NCBI GenBank assembly: GCA_964016885.1
Contig: OZ024749.1
Span: forward strand, 54,622,001 to 54,686,000
Source of the DNA: Eledone cirrhosa
Lineage: Eukaryota
Length of the DNA: 64,000 nucleotides
Reading direction: 5' to 3'
Positions 12,505-26,398 of the stretch are shown piece after piece. Each line of letters begins with the position of its first letter. The stretch's first letter is position 1. The position numbers and the translations under genes were made by a program. The notes beneath the pieces are model-generated. The model was given only the letters and a program-made list of their open reading frames with translations, ran no database searches and was not told where the DNA came from.

Positions 12505-13295
12505 AGTGGTTGTGGTCGTGGTAGAGTCTCTGTTGTGGTAGTGGTTGTGGTGGTGGTCGTGGTTGTGGTGATGGTCGTGGTAGTGTCTCTGTTGTGGTTG
12601 TGGTGGTGGTAGTGGTGGTGGTTGTGGTCGTGGTAGTGTCTCTGTTGTGGTTGTGGTGGTGGTAGTGTCTCTGTTGTGGTAGTGGTTGTGGTGGTGGTCG
12701 TGGTTGTGGTGGTGGTCGTGGTTGTGGTGGTGGTCGTGGTAGTGTCTCTGTTGTGGTTGTGGTTGTGGTAGTGGTCGTGGTAGTGTCTCTGTTGTGGTTG
12801 TGGTTGTGGTAGTGGTCGTGGTAGTGTCTCTGTTGTGGTAGTGGTTGTGGTGGTGGTCGTGGTAGTGTCTCTGTTGTGGTTGTGGTAGGGTTTCTGTTGT
12901 GGTGGTGGTAGTGGTTGTGGTTGTGGTTGTGGTAGTGGTCGTGGTAGTGTCTCTGTTGTGGTTGTGGTGGTGGTAGTGTCTCTGTTGTGGTTGTGGTGGT
13001 GGTAGTGGTCGTGGTAGTGTCTCGGTTGTGGTGGTGGTAGTGGTCGTGGTAGTGTCTCTATTGTGGTTGTAGTGGTGGTAGTGTCTCTGTTGTGGTTGTG
13101 GTGGTGGTAGTGTCTCTGTTGTGGTTGTGGTGGTGGTAGTGGTCGTGGTAGTGTCTCTGTTGTGGTTGTGGTGGTGGTTGTGGTGGTGGTAGTGGTCGTG
13201 GTAGTGTCTCTGTTGTGGTTGTAGTGGTGGTAGTGTCTCTGTTGTGGTTGTGGTCGGGGTAGTGTCTCTGTTGTGGTAGTGGTAGTGGTAGTGGA
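12505..13295. repeat. GT-rich variable minisatellite
   Basis: Recurring gtggtcgtggtagtgtctctgttgtggtt. Confidence 0.9.
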
Positions 13296-13686
13296 TTGTT
13301 GATAAAGTTTCTACATTTCACGGCTAACAAATAGAAATATTCGGGTAAACCGTAACTAGCAACAAACAAGGAGGAAGAAGAAGAAGGAAGAGAAGGTGGC
13401 GAGGAGGAAGAGGAAGAAGTAGGAGGGAAGAAGACGAAGTACAAGGAAAAGTATTAGAGGAGAAGGAGTAGTAGGAGAAGAAGAAGGAGGAGGAGATAAA
13501 GAAAAAGAGGAAACAAACATGAAAAAAAAAAACAACCTGAGGCGCAATAAACAGTAACAAACATATATTCAGGGATATCAATGGCATAATTTATATTTGA
13601 GGTGTGTTTCTTGTTATAACACATTTGATATCATAATGGACGTGAGGCTATTGTTAACACCAAATAACGTCATATAATTCTCTCTA

Positions 13687-13809
13687 AGGCGGCAACTTGG
13701 TAGAGAGAACGTCAGATAGAACGTGTTGTGGTATTTCTTCTGGTTCTCTGCTGTCTCAGTTCAAATCTCGCCGAGGTCAACTTTGCTTTTCATCCTTTAG
13801 AGGTCGATA
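13687..13809 (+). mobile_element. SINE family A, 3'-truncated
   Basis: cagttcaaatctcgccgaggtcaactttgcttttcatcctttagaggtcgata. Confidence 0.8.
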
Positions 13810-14292
13810 TGTTTGGGGTGGATGGCCGTAGACTTTGAGAAATTCATCCACCCCTCTTACAGCTCTGTTTTTTTGTTTTTTCTTTTGTGTCTGCAGTTGG
13901 GGTTTCGCTTACCCTCCTCAAAAGACCATGGTTTGGTTGGCGAGGATGCCGGTTTAGTCGCCCACCACTCGACCATGAAACAGACGTACATACCACCTTA
14001 TGTTTCCATAGATTGAAATAGATCCATATAAATAACTGGATATGCTAGTCCATAATACACACTCGCTCTGGAGCATACTTGTTTAAAGGATGATGTATCG
14101 AGAGGGAAATATACTGGCTTGTTAGTGATCAAGGGATGTTTTGTTGTGCGTGTATTGTATGGAACTTAGGGCAACACTGTCACCAAGCATGCTAGCTTTA
14201 TCACTGGGGGTTCTAATTAATTGAAATATAGTGATCTATCTGGTCTGAGGGGTGACAGATAGCAGTATTGAAGATACGCTCTGTCACATATG

Positions 14293-14342
<50 letters not shown>

Positions 14343-14544
14343 TGTGGAGGTGAGTAAAGTTAGGGTTTTGCTAGAGATATTCAACTCTTAAATAAAATTA
14401 TTTAGTATTAAATTTGCAGAATATTTTCCAACAACTTTTGTAAGTTATTCGCCTAGAATGATATAAATATCTAAAATACCCCCCCCCACACACACACATA
14501 TGTAGATATATATATATTCATATTCTTTTTTATGCATATGTGTA

Positions 14545-14590
<46 letters not shown>

Positions 14591-14694
14591 CACACACACA
14601 TATATATATACATATATTCATATATATATATCTATTCACATATATATATTCATATTCCTATATATATATATTCACATATATATATATTCATATT

Positions 14695-14750
<56 letters not shown>

Positions 14751-15115
14751 CATATTCTTGCCATTGAAAAACGGAATTTGACCGAATGGTGGAAATTTAT
14801 AGAAAGCTAACTTAGTGGCAGCAGCAGCAGCTATTATATATTTCTATTGCTGACAAGTAAAAATATATTCTGAGGTAGTGTCTGTTGCCATTCAGACTAC
14901 GATATTCGTGAGAAGTGATCATGTCAGTCTCTATTTTAAGTCATTTTATTGCTTAGATCACTCATGTGTAGATGATAAATCGAATTGCCACACCGGCTTT
15001 ACAATATGGGTCAATCATTCTAGCGGCAAGAGTTATTTTTCTCTGGCTTATTCTATATTATTCTTGTTGTTGTTATTATATCATTTATTATTATTTTATT
15101 GTAAAATTATTATTA

Positions 15116-15156
<41 letters not shown>

Positions 15157-15270
15157 GTTGTTGTTAGTGTTGTTGTTGTCGTCCCCCCCCCGTTTTTTTC
15201 CCCTCTGTCAGTCTCTCTCTCTCTCTCTTTCTCTCTCTCATTCACACACACTCCCCCTCTCTTTCTCTAT

Positions 15271-15327
<57 letters not shown>

Positions 15328-15496
15328 TCTCTCTTTTCTTTTAATGTCATCACCTTTTGTAGTAAGTCTGTGTTTCAATTTATGTTCAAAAACTTTGTAC
15401 TTAGCCTCATGTTTATATCGCGGTCTTTCAAAAGAAACACAAGTGTTTCTCAATTCATTTTTTGTATGTTTGTTTGTTTGCTGTTTGTTTTATATT

Positions 15497-15560
<64 letters not shown>

Positions 15561-15840
15561 CAGTTTGCTTTTTTATATTATTTTTATTTTCTTTATTTGC
15601 GGTGTGTATGTGGTGTTTTCCTTCTTTCTTTCTTCGTTTTTTTTTTCGTTCGAAATGGTCATATTTTTTATTTACTTGTCTTTCCTTTAGATTTTTTTGT
15701 CTCTCTTATTTCTCCTCGTCTCTGTTTGTCCCATATTATTTGGTGTGTCGGGTGTTTTCGTCGGTTTTTTTTTTTGTATTTGTTTGTGTGTATATATGAT
15801 TTTTTTTTTCTTCTTTACCTCGAACCCTACAACATACCAG

Positions 15841-15923
15841 ATTTGACAATGTCTAGAGTTATAATTGATGGATATTATATTGCAGCAATATTTCTATGGG
15901 ATGTTATATATTATATTTATGAG
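15841..15923 (+). CDS. Weak exon candidate (MSRVIIDGYYIAAIFLWDVIYYIYE from ATG 15849)
   Basis: Pyrimidine tract then ccAG at 15840 and an open hydrophobic frame; the donor GAG|gtttat is poor. Confidence 0.2.
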
Positions 15924-16058
15924 GTTTATAGAAACAAACTACTAAGACATATATTTAAAGTGAAAAAAACAACAACAAAAACAAAAACAAATGAAGAATG
16001 AAGCAAAAACGAAATTCAGCTTGTCACACCAAGAGCTACGAGCAAATTATAAATATGG

Positions 16059-16093
<35 letters not shown>

Positions 16094-16125
16094 GTGTGTG
16101 TGTGTTATTTAACCCATGTAAACTC

Positions 16126-16213
16126 GCATATCTGAGGAGGTGTCGATTAAAAGTCGGGATCCGATCACCTGATGAAACCTGAGCTGATCGATATCGAAAC
16201 TGTTGCAATATGC
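16126..16213 (+). ncRNA. Type I hammerhead-like motif, long loop II, U16.1C substitution
   Basis: gcatat | CTGAGGA | ggtgtcgat...atcgatatc | GAAA c-tgtt-g CA | atatgc, then AATAAA. Stem I 6 bp, stem II 9 bp including G-U pairs. Confidence 0.65.
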
Positions 16214-16254
16214 AATAAAGTTTCATAACAATCTTCAAATCTGACTTTCTATTT

Positions 16255-16310
<56 letters not shown>

Positions 16311-16426
16311 ATAGGAGTCGCACAGACAAAGATAATGGAAAAAAACCCAAAACAACGGAAGAACAGACAGTAGCATCGCCTCAGTCAACTTCTGGAAATC
16401 TCTACGGTTTCGGTGTATATATATAT

Positions 16427-16482
<56 letters not shown>

Positions 16483-17449
16483 GTGTGGGAGTGTGGGGGT
16501 GTATAATTTCTGCTACTACTTACTACCACCACAATCACTACCGCCATAAATAACATAAACGATCAAAGAACATTGGAGACGCTAAAATATGTTGATATAC
16601 ACAAGATGGAGATGTTAACATGTCTGAGAAATGGTAAGAGAATAAATCTGTTCCCCGAAAACGGAAAAATCTCGGATCTGTTAGAATTATTTTGTCGACG
16701 TCGATAACAGCAAAGTTATGAGTAGGTGTTTGAATAAGTAATTTACAAATATTATGTGGGCTGGTGTAATGACATTTTAATGTGGTAATCACTCGCTGCT
16801 TCAGTCCTTCATTTAAGCTTGCCCAAACAATGTCTTAATACTGAAAGATATTAGGGAAGAAACGCATAAAATATGCATGAATAGACTTTCCTTCCCCGTG
16901 TACATCACCCTCCGTCCTAATCCACCTTTCCCGTCTCCCCCCCGTCACTATAGTTTGTGTCCATCAGAGGCAATATTTACTGTTAATAAACAGTAAAGTT
17001 TCTCCTGTCGGTGGGCGAAATAGCTGTATTTGCTGGTAGGTGATACATTAGCCTTGTGTAATCTGTTTACTTAATCTATTCTGCTTTATAGAGTCTATTG
17101 TAGAAGGAAGGGGAGATAATCCTCTGTAATATATAATCTGCTTCTTCCATTTATATTGTTTATTTCTGTTTACTTCTGCTTAGAGAACATAGATATTCAG
17201 GCAAGGAGTGGAAAAACATTTCCAAACTATAAAATATATATATATGTATATATATATACATCTCTCTCTCTCGCTCTCTCATATATATACAGTATATATA
17301 TATGTATATATATGAGAGAGAAAGAGAGAGGGGGGTATAGATAGATAACCATGGTTGGGTTTCTGTAGAAGTAACAGAAAAATAGAAAATATATACTGAA
17401 TAAATATATATGCATACACACATATGTACGCACAAAAATAGATACATCA

Positions 17450-17508
<59 letters not shown>

Positions 17509-17511
<3 letters not shown>

Positions 17512-17607
17512 GGTGACCACCAAAATATATACACACTTCAACAGCATTCTAATAAATATTGCCTGTACAGGTAATCAAAGTATGTATACATGTTTTTGGG
17601 ACACCCA
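17509..17607. mobile_element. Small Tc1/mariner-type MITE
   Basis: TA-cagggtgaccaccaaaatatatacacactt ... aagtatgtatacatgtttttgggacaccca-TA imperfect TIRs. Confidence 0.65.
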
Positions 17608-17876
17608 TACATACACAAACATATGTATGTATATACATTCAAATGTTAGAGTTTGTTACTGAATGAGGATGATAGTATTCAATACTAAATTAGTTATAAA
17701 ATTCTGCAGTGTACTAGTCCCCGCACAATGTTTGAAAACCCCTGGTTTAGGGGACACACCAGACATGAACTGCAAACTCAGGTTGGGTGGAATATCAAAC
17801 ATATTTTTGGTGATTTCAGATATTTACCAATTTGATGGTTCTATAGGAATCTCTTCTATTCCTGTAGAGAATATCT

Positions 17877-18068
17877 AATAATTGTTTCTACTTTTGGCAC
17901 AAGGTCAGCAATTAACCAGTGCATTACTGGTACTTTATTTTATCGACCCCGTAAGGATGAAAGGCAAAGCTAACCTCGACGGGATTTGAACTCAGATTGG
18001 CAAGGGCCGTAACTCTATGCGTCAAAGATTGGCGTCACACCCTCTACCGATACTGCCAATCCACCGCC
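17877..18068 (-). mobile_element. SINE family A, full length
   Basis: Close match to reverse complement of 38085-38280. Confidence 0.92.
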
Positions 18069-18393
18069 ATAGAACATATAATAATATGCTTTAGGAAGGG
18101 CCGTGATATGTGTATCTGTGACCTTTTGTTGATGAAACAAATACACACACATATCATATATATACACATATATAGACACACGTAAATATATATATATATA
18201 TACAAATAATTAATATGTTCGTTACAGCAATGCTTCCGTCGTGTTTCTTATTATCGCCCCTGATTCTCTACTCTGCCGTCTCCAATGTATTATTCCATTA
18301 TTTCAACAGACGTCACTGTAACCTTCTCTCTTCTTCATCTCAACGTTTCTTTTTCTTACTTCACCACACACATACACACACGCACACACTCTT

Positions 18394-18426
<33 letters not shown>

Positions 18427-18847
18427 GACACAGAGAGACACACATACACACACTCTCACTCTCTCCCACACGCGCAGACACACACACACACACACATACT
18501 CTATCTCTTTCTCTCTCTGTCACACACACACATATACACAAATACATCACGTACACACACACACAGACTCTATCTCTCTCTCTAGCATATTTGACATAAT
18601 TGCTAATCCTATGCAAAAAGCCCTCAAGTTACCTTCTGCATTGACAAGCTGACAAAGTTTATTGAAGTGAATCACGCAGGTTCCATATAAAAACATACAA
18701 TAAGAACGAGGAAAACAACAAGAAAGAATGAAACAAAAGTACATCATTTTCTGACTTTTACCACTGATAACTTATCTGGATGCTTGGCGTGTTAGCTTTT
18801 GCTTCGCTTCTGCCTTAAATATTTATTTTTACTAATTTGTCTACGTG

Positions 18848-18898
<51 letters not shown>

Positions 18899-18904
18899 AT
18901 TTAT

Positions 18905-19019
<115 letters not shown>

Positions 19020-19036
19020 CATGAATAAATAAACAG

Positions 19037-19090
<54 letters not shown>

Positions 19091-19459
19091 ATACATGAAT
19101 AAATAAACAGAAATTTATATATATATATATATATATATATACACTCTCTCTATGTGTGTGGTGCGTGTGCTTCTTTCTCCCGCCCCAAAACTAATTAGAT
19201 AACTCTGACTGTTTCGAAAAACCCGTTAATATTTAAAAAAAAACGCTAATTTATTTTGTATGAACTGGTTTCATTTTGTTGTGTATTGTAGACATACACA
19301 CACACATACACACACACACACACATTCGTTCTGTCAATTTACAGGGAAATAAGTATTTTCTGGCATGTTTACATGCCTACATGTTAGACATGTGTATACA
19401 TTTCTACACGTTTTTGCAATCTTGCTTACAAACTCTGTAATCATACAGATATAACGTTA

Positions 19460-19506
<47 letters not shown>

Positions 19507-19531
19507 CATAATATATACATACATACATAAT

Positions 19532-19562
<31 letters not shown>

Positions 19563-20092
19563 CATGTAAGTGCTTTTTCAAGTTTCTATTATTACATTCT
19601 CTATGCACACACCATACACACACAGATACACACACACTCGTACATATGCACACAGATGCACAGACAGCCACAGACGCACACGTACACATACACACACACA
19701 GACAGCCACACACGCACACGTACACATGCACACACAGAGATGCACAGTCACACACGCACACGTACACACGCACACGTACACATGCACACACACAGATGCA
19801 CAGACAGTCACACATTATCTAGATTTAACTTAGATCATATCGAAATGTCTTCTATATGACGAGAAAGGTTTCATTCGTTTAAAATCATCAGAAAAGACAT
19901 TGCTGACGGTTTCAAAGAAAGGTTCCAGACATTTCCGTATGAAATAAATATATAACTAGTCTACTAATGTATTGATTACCGTATTGAACTGCTCCCGTCT
20001 GTTCTTCTTCAGAAAATACACCTTTACTATGAACCACGCTATGTTAGTGATATTGATAATAACCTACAAACACATATAATACATATATACAG

Positions 20093-20168
<76 letters not shown>

Positions 20169-20744
20169 TTACATACATATACACTCCCTCGCTCACATAC
20201 ACAGGCACACAGTCATCCATTTGCGCATGAAGAAAGACACATCACTCCACATACACCCATAACTACAAACAACGGCACACACGCACACACCAGGTTTGAG
20301 AATCCATTGTTTCCAGACGTGTACATAATGAATACACCAGAGGATAGTGAAAACAGCCAGCGAACGATAATAAATTTAAGATAAGTTGTTTCAAATGTCC
20401 TTCCTTGCACGGTTGCTTATACATGGTAACTAGCTGCACCAGTCGGTCGGACTGACGGTCTGTCGGTTGGTTGTGCATCATGGGATATTAAAATGGCCGC
20501 TCATTCACGTTATCACCAGTCAGCTAAACACTATCCAGACTTTCTGTCTCTTACGTCATAAAACATAGATCGTTTTTGTTGCCACACAAGAAGCAATGCA
20601 TTCCTAAGCTAATTAATATTTTAGATGGCTATCATACTGGTTATCCAACTTGGTATTCCTGCAGTAAGTGAAATGCGAATACATTTATATTGGATTCTTT
20701 CAATGAATCGTGTATTTGCTGGTTTGTTCTAAAACTTCCTAACG

Positions 20745-21075
20745 ATAATGGTTTATTGATTTAGACACAAGGCCAGACATTTCTTTTGTGTGTGGGAGTG
20801 GATTATATCGACCCCATTGCATTACTGGTACTTTATTTTATCAAGAATAAAAGCCAAACTAACGTCGGTCGGATTTGAACTTAGAACGTATGAGACATTG
20901 ATAATGTTTTCTTATATAGGCACAAGGCCAGCGTCACTGGTACTTTATTCTCTCGAACCGTAATAATAAAATTTCAGGTTAACCTCGGTGTGATTTGAAA
21001 TCAGAATGCCAAGGGCCGTAACTATATACCACAAAGTATGTTGTCCGACACCATACCGATACTGCCAATCCACCA
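20745..21075 (-). mobile_element. Two tandem diverged SINE A copies
   Basis: Two cacaaggccag...actggtactttatt...gatttgaa blocks. Confidence 0.8.
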
Positions 21076-22451
21076 ACCTCTGTATGCCAGAATTAGGAAA
21101 ACCATTTCATATTTTTTAAAGTTATGCAGTGAAAACTATTTTGCCTGTTGCACCTAAAACTATAAATACTTTTACACTAGTTTCGGTTTTGATGGCGGAA
21201 TCGTCAACCGAGATGTAACACATCTTGAACTAAAGTTCCAGTCTTTGGTTTATATTCAACTTTACTTCATTGGCGGGGATTAGATTAAAAAGGAAACGTT
21301 CGGCAAATCACAACAGAGATTATCATCGCACTCAGTTCAGTATAAAATCAATATAAGGTCATGCCGACTTGCTACTCAAATCTCTTTTAAATATACCTTA
21401 CTATTGAACCTTTATACGTCAAATTACAACATTTCATGCACACCAGATAAAACCTTATACGTTTGTCAACTTCCAATTCTGATATTTACTGGATAACACA
21501 CTCTCTGTTTTATAAAACCGTTTGTATATATGTGTATGTGTGTATGGATAAATGTATGTATGGATAAATGTATGTGTGTATGGATATATGTATGTGTGTA
21601 TGGATGTATGCATACACCCGTATATAGATGTATTAGAATTCGTTTCCTCTTCACCTCATGAATATTGGTAATCTGTAGGCTGTGATATAATCTAAAGTTA
21701 CGATATATTTATTCACAATATTCCAGTGGAAGGTTTGGTTTAAGGGGAAACTCCCTTTTGGGTTATTCCACTTCGTTTGAGATTATATATCGTGAAATAG
21801 ATTCAATGAGATCACATAATGCGCTGTTTATTATGTGTATTGGCCTGAGCAGAGCAATGTGTATCTAGAGTGGATTCATATTTACAGAGGTTATAAAGTT
21901 ACTTTTATAATGGAAAGATAGCGAACCGGTGGTGGGAGGTGGTGGGAGGTGTGGGAGGTGGTGGGAGGTGTGGGAGGCCATTGCAAAGTAAATGCATTTA
22001 ACCTTATACACATATTTACCTTATGTAAATGAGATAAATATGATTAAATGAACAAATGTACCCAAAATATATGCATCCATCAATGGGTTATTCTTACTGA
22101 GTCGTCCCAAAATTGACACTTACAAAATTATATTCATGTCAGGATTTGAATATATATTTTTTATTGGTTTCGCCTTAACTAAACTTACAGTCGCTATTCT
22201 TAACTTAATTATACACTCCTAAAATAGTGATATACCGCAGTATATTAGAACCAATAAAAGTTAAGTGTCTTCTCCATAGAAATATATTAACACTTATGGT
22301 GTAATATTTAACAAAACACACACAAAACAATGCTGAGTGCACTTTTATAGAGAATGAGAATCAATGAATATATTTTTATAGTGCGTATCATAATTTATGG
22401 CACACAAATATTGAATTGTAACGTCTGCACAATATCATACCCCTCTCTCTC

Positions 22452-22499
<48 letters not shown>

Positions 22500-22636
22500 C
22501 GTTATATATATATATTGAAATATCCGAGACCCCAGTAGGCAACTGATGAGGAACCCCCTCCCCCGTTCTTGCTTTCTTCTTATACTCATTCCATTTTCAA
22601 GCTTAACTTAACTAGCAAATATACAGCCATCCTAAT

Positions 22637-22673
<37 letters not shown>

Positions 22674-22716
22674 CATACACATACAACACGACATAGCACC
22701 ACATCCCTCCATCTTT

Positions 22717-22758
22717 TAATTTTTGATAATCATAAAACCTGTGAAACCGGTAAAGTTA
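22717..22758 (+). ncRNA. Minimal type I hammerhead-like motif, U3-A8 variant
   Basis: taattt | TTGATAA | tca-taaaacc-tgt | GAAA ccgg TA | aagtta: 6-bp stem I differing in sequence from 867-910 but still paired; first stem II pair is U-U. Confidence 0.65.
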
Positions 22759-23141
22759 TAAGTCATTGGAAAAGACCTTCTTAAACATTCCAATTTCATT
22801 TTCAATGTTTTTTTCAAATATATATATATATAAATGGAAGATTAGTAGAATCGAAGCTTCGGCTGTAGCCAAGCCAACGAGATACAATGAGGAATCTCAG
22901 AGTAATAACATTCGTTAGACGACATGACAAATTGAAAACTGTGGCAGGCAAGCCCAGCCACGACACCGAAGCAACGAGAAAACCAACAGGTTAATAGTCA
23001 CTGATTATGGTTCATGTTACTCTGGAGTTCCAGTCGGATGTTCAGTATCACAACACATTCTATTTCACGCTCTACTGAATTCACTAAGCCGCTCACCTTA
23101 GTCACTGATAACATTCGTTGATATATACTGTTATCGACTTG

Positions 23142-23266
23142 TCAATGTTTCTGATGAAGACAGTGAGATGGTTATGTAGTATCGAGACTAATAATATAGA
23201 GTAATATAACTAATATATCGATTGATCCTGATAGATCAACCTTCTGAAACGACCGTAAAACAATGA
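23142..23266 (+). ncRNA. Type I hammerhead-like motif with intact core and ~82-nt loop II
   Basis: tcaatgttt | CTGATGA | aga...tct | GAAA c-gacc-g TA | aaacaatga: stem I 8 of 9 bp; loop II contains hairpin ttgatc/gatcaa. Confidence 0.65.
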
Positions 23267-23928
23267 ACTTCAACTTTTGTTTTTAGTGTTCAACACACAC
23301 ATACATATTTTATTATATATGAACGATTTTCAAAGGTTATGAGCTCCCAGTGTTTATAGCTACATTAATATTCCTGTGATACTTGTTATTCGTACCTGGA
23401 AAGTGGGAGGAGCATAGTGAATTATTGTAGTGTTCTTGATGTGTCTATCAAAACAAATATGTTCGTCTATTAAATGGGCATACACTCGGTGTATTTATAT
23501 AAGCTTGTATATACATGAGTGTATATACTTGTGTATACAGTGTGTGCGTAGAAATGTATCTATGTAGTGAGATAAAAGTATAAATGAAATCGAAACGATC
23601 GATATAACCATTAAACTGCGAAAATTGAAAACCGATAAAACCTTATTTTCAAGGCTGCGTCCCTCGTGTGTTCTGTATTATTATGTAAAAAACTATTTCA
23701 CGAAATAAGATATTAAAAATAAAGGAAAAACAATAATGTCATGGCGACGTTAACTATGTCAAATAGATGCTAAAGTTAATTATTCAAGAAATATATTGAG
23801 AGAAAGACAAAGAAAATTGTCTGTCTATGTATGGGTATATGAACGAATTTACTATGGTTAACTTCTGAGAATAATTTCTATACAAGCTCATAATTATGGA
23901 GCTATAGTCTCAGAAAATACATTTTGAC

Positions 23929-23979
<51 letters not shown>

Positions 23980-24494
23980 TTCATTTCTTGATCCATTTTT
24001 CTCTTTTTCTTCTTTCCATTTCTTTTTTTCCCCCTTTTTGTTTCATTTTATTCGAAAACCACCCATGAAAATTAAATAAATAAATGAATAATTAAAGAAT
24101 TAAAATCGATTGGTTTTTCTGAAGACCAACGAAAGTACCTTCGATGAATGCAACTTATCGATGAAATAGCAACAAAAATTCCCCCAAACAAAACATTTCA
24201 GTTCTGATCATTGTAAACTTAATGAAAACTGTCACGAGTGTCAATATTATGAAATGAAAGGAAACAACAGAGTAAACTATTACGTTACTTAACAAAACAA
24301 GAAAGTATTTACTCAGGTCTACTCATACAAGAATATTGAAAGCGAAGCAAACGAGGAAAACAAGAAAACAAACATACTTATATGAAAGAATATAAAACAA
24401 AAAAGCATCTTACGATTTTTGATGAAATCCATAACGAGACTACACAACTGAAAAAAGGGAGATAATTATAACAAATATAACAATAGGTAATACC

Positions 24495-24871
24495 TGACAG
24501 CGTTACAGCTCTTTAGGTTCTGAGTTCAATTCCTGCAGAGGTTAGTTTTTCCTTTCATCTTTATGAGGTCGATAAACTAAAGAACCTAAAGAGCTGTAAC
24601 GATGTCACAAATAATTTTGTCCGACGCACTACCGATACTACCAATGCTTTCTGATTTAGGCAGAAGGCCAAGAATGTTTCTTATTGGAGGTGAGGGGGGT
24701 GTGTGTGATTAAATCGAACCCAGTGTATTACTGGTACTTTATTTTATCGACCTCGTAAAGATGAATGGCAAAGCTAACTTCGGTAGGATTTGAAATCAGA
24801 TCGTAAAGGGCCGTAACTATATGACACAAAGCATTTCGTCCGACGCCCTACAGATATGTTCAATCGACCGC
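24495..24871. mobile_element. Fold-back SINE A (24495-24645) followed by a minus-strand SINE A (24646-24871)
   Basis: 24495-24521 is inverted at 24581-24607; SINE motifs lie on both strands. Confidence 0.8.
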
Positions 24872-25480
24872 CAGCAACAACAACAACAATACCACTAACA
24901 TCAACAATACCACCACCAGCACCATCAACAACAAAACCATCACCAGCAACAACAATACTACCACCAGCAACACCACTAACACCAACAATAACATCACCAC
25001 CACCAACAACGACCCCACCAACAGCACCACCAACAACACCACTAACACCAACAATAACATCACCACCACCAACAACGACACCACCAACAGCACCACCAAC
25101 AACACCACCAACAACACCACTTCCACCACCAACAGCACCACCAACAACACCACCAACAACACCACCACCTCCACCACCAACAACACCACCTCCACCACCA
25201 CCTCCACCACCAACAGCACCACCAACAACACCACCAACTCCACCACCAACAACACCAACAACAACACCAACAACAACACCACAACTAGCACCAACACCAC
25301 CACCAACAGCACCACCAACAACACCACCAACAACACCACCACCTCCACCACCAACAACACCACCTCCACCACCAACTCCACCACCAACAACACCAACAAC
25401 AACACCAACAACAACACCACAACTAGCACCAACACCACCACCAACAACAACACCAACAACACCACAAACAACAATAACAA
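24870..25480. repeat. (ACC/AAC) low-complexity repeat with internal duplications
   Basis: Directly visible. Confidence 0.9.
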
Positions 25481-26363
25481 TGTATGTGTCTGTATGGAAA
25501 TCCAAATTGGAAATATAGTTATCGGTAACAGTTACATGTGTTGTAAATATATGAGAATAGATCGGCGAGGAAAATAACAGAAAAACAGAAACAAAAACCC
25601 AAAACGAAAAACGAAATAATGAAAGGAAAATATATAAAACGTCGTCAAATTGAAAGGAGGTTCTATTTTGATTCCAGCAAATCATTGGTATATCCTATAT
25701 CCTATATTAAAGACTGCCAGACTGTTGTATCTAAATATAGAGGATAGAGTGGTGATAATAATAATATAGTGGAGTAACAAAGTAGATATTGTTGGGTGGT
25801 GGTGGTGGTGAAGGTGGTGGTGAGGGTGGCGGTGGTGGTGTGGTGGTGGTGAGGGGATAAGGATGGTAGTGGTGTGGTGGTGAGGGGATAAGGGTGGTAG
25901 TGGTGTGGTGGTGGTGGTGAGGGGATAAAGGTGGTGGTGGTGGTGGTGAGGGGATAAGGGTGGTAGTGGTGGTGATGGTGGTGGTGGTGAGGAGATAAAG
26001 GTGGTGGTAGTGGTGTGGTCGTGAGAGTGGTGGTGTGGTGGTGTGCTGGTGTGGGGATGAAGGTGGTGGTGTGGCGGGGGAGAGATGAGGGAGGGGATGA
26101 GGGCAAGGTTCGTAATTATGGTTATTGACTTGGCTGTGTTGCGTCTGAAGATTAAAAACAATAGAGGGAGATGTGTGGGGGGGGGGAGGTGGAAGGTGTG
26201 GTGGAGTTGGAGATGGTGGTGTTGGAGATGGAAGCGGTGGATGTGGTGGTGGTGGAGAGGCAAACAAAAATCTAACAAACCTCAAATTTATAATTGCATG
26301 AGGTGACAAGATAACCAAAATAAATATTTTCATCAATATTCAGCGACCAGGGCCAATTTAACG

Positions 26364-26364
<1 letters not shown>

Positions 26365-26398
<34 letters not shown>

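Noticed and set aside
14871-14892. let-7-like start TGAGGTAGT
   Set aside because: Diverges from let-7 after 9 nt and forms only a short local hairpin.
21172-21215. Minus-strand ttgacga...gaaa-ctag-tg hammerhead-like string
   Set aside because: No stem I or stem II pairing, and G at the cleavage position.
24856-25518. Pro/Thr-rich mucin-like ORF
   Set aside because: Starts inside a SINE and consists of ACC/AAC simple repeat open in multiple frames.
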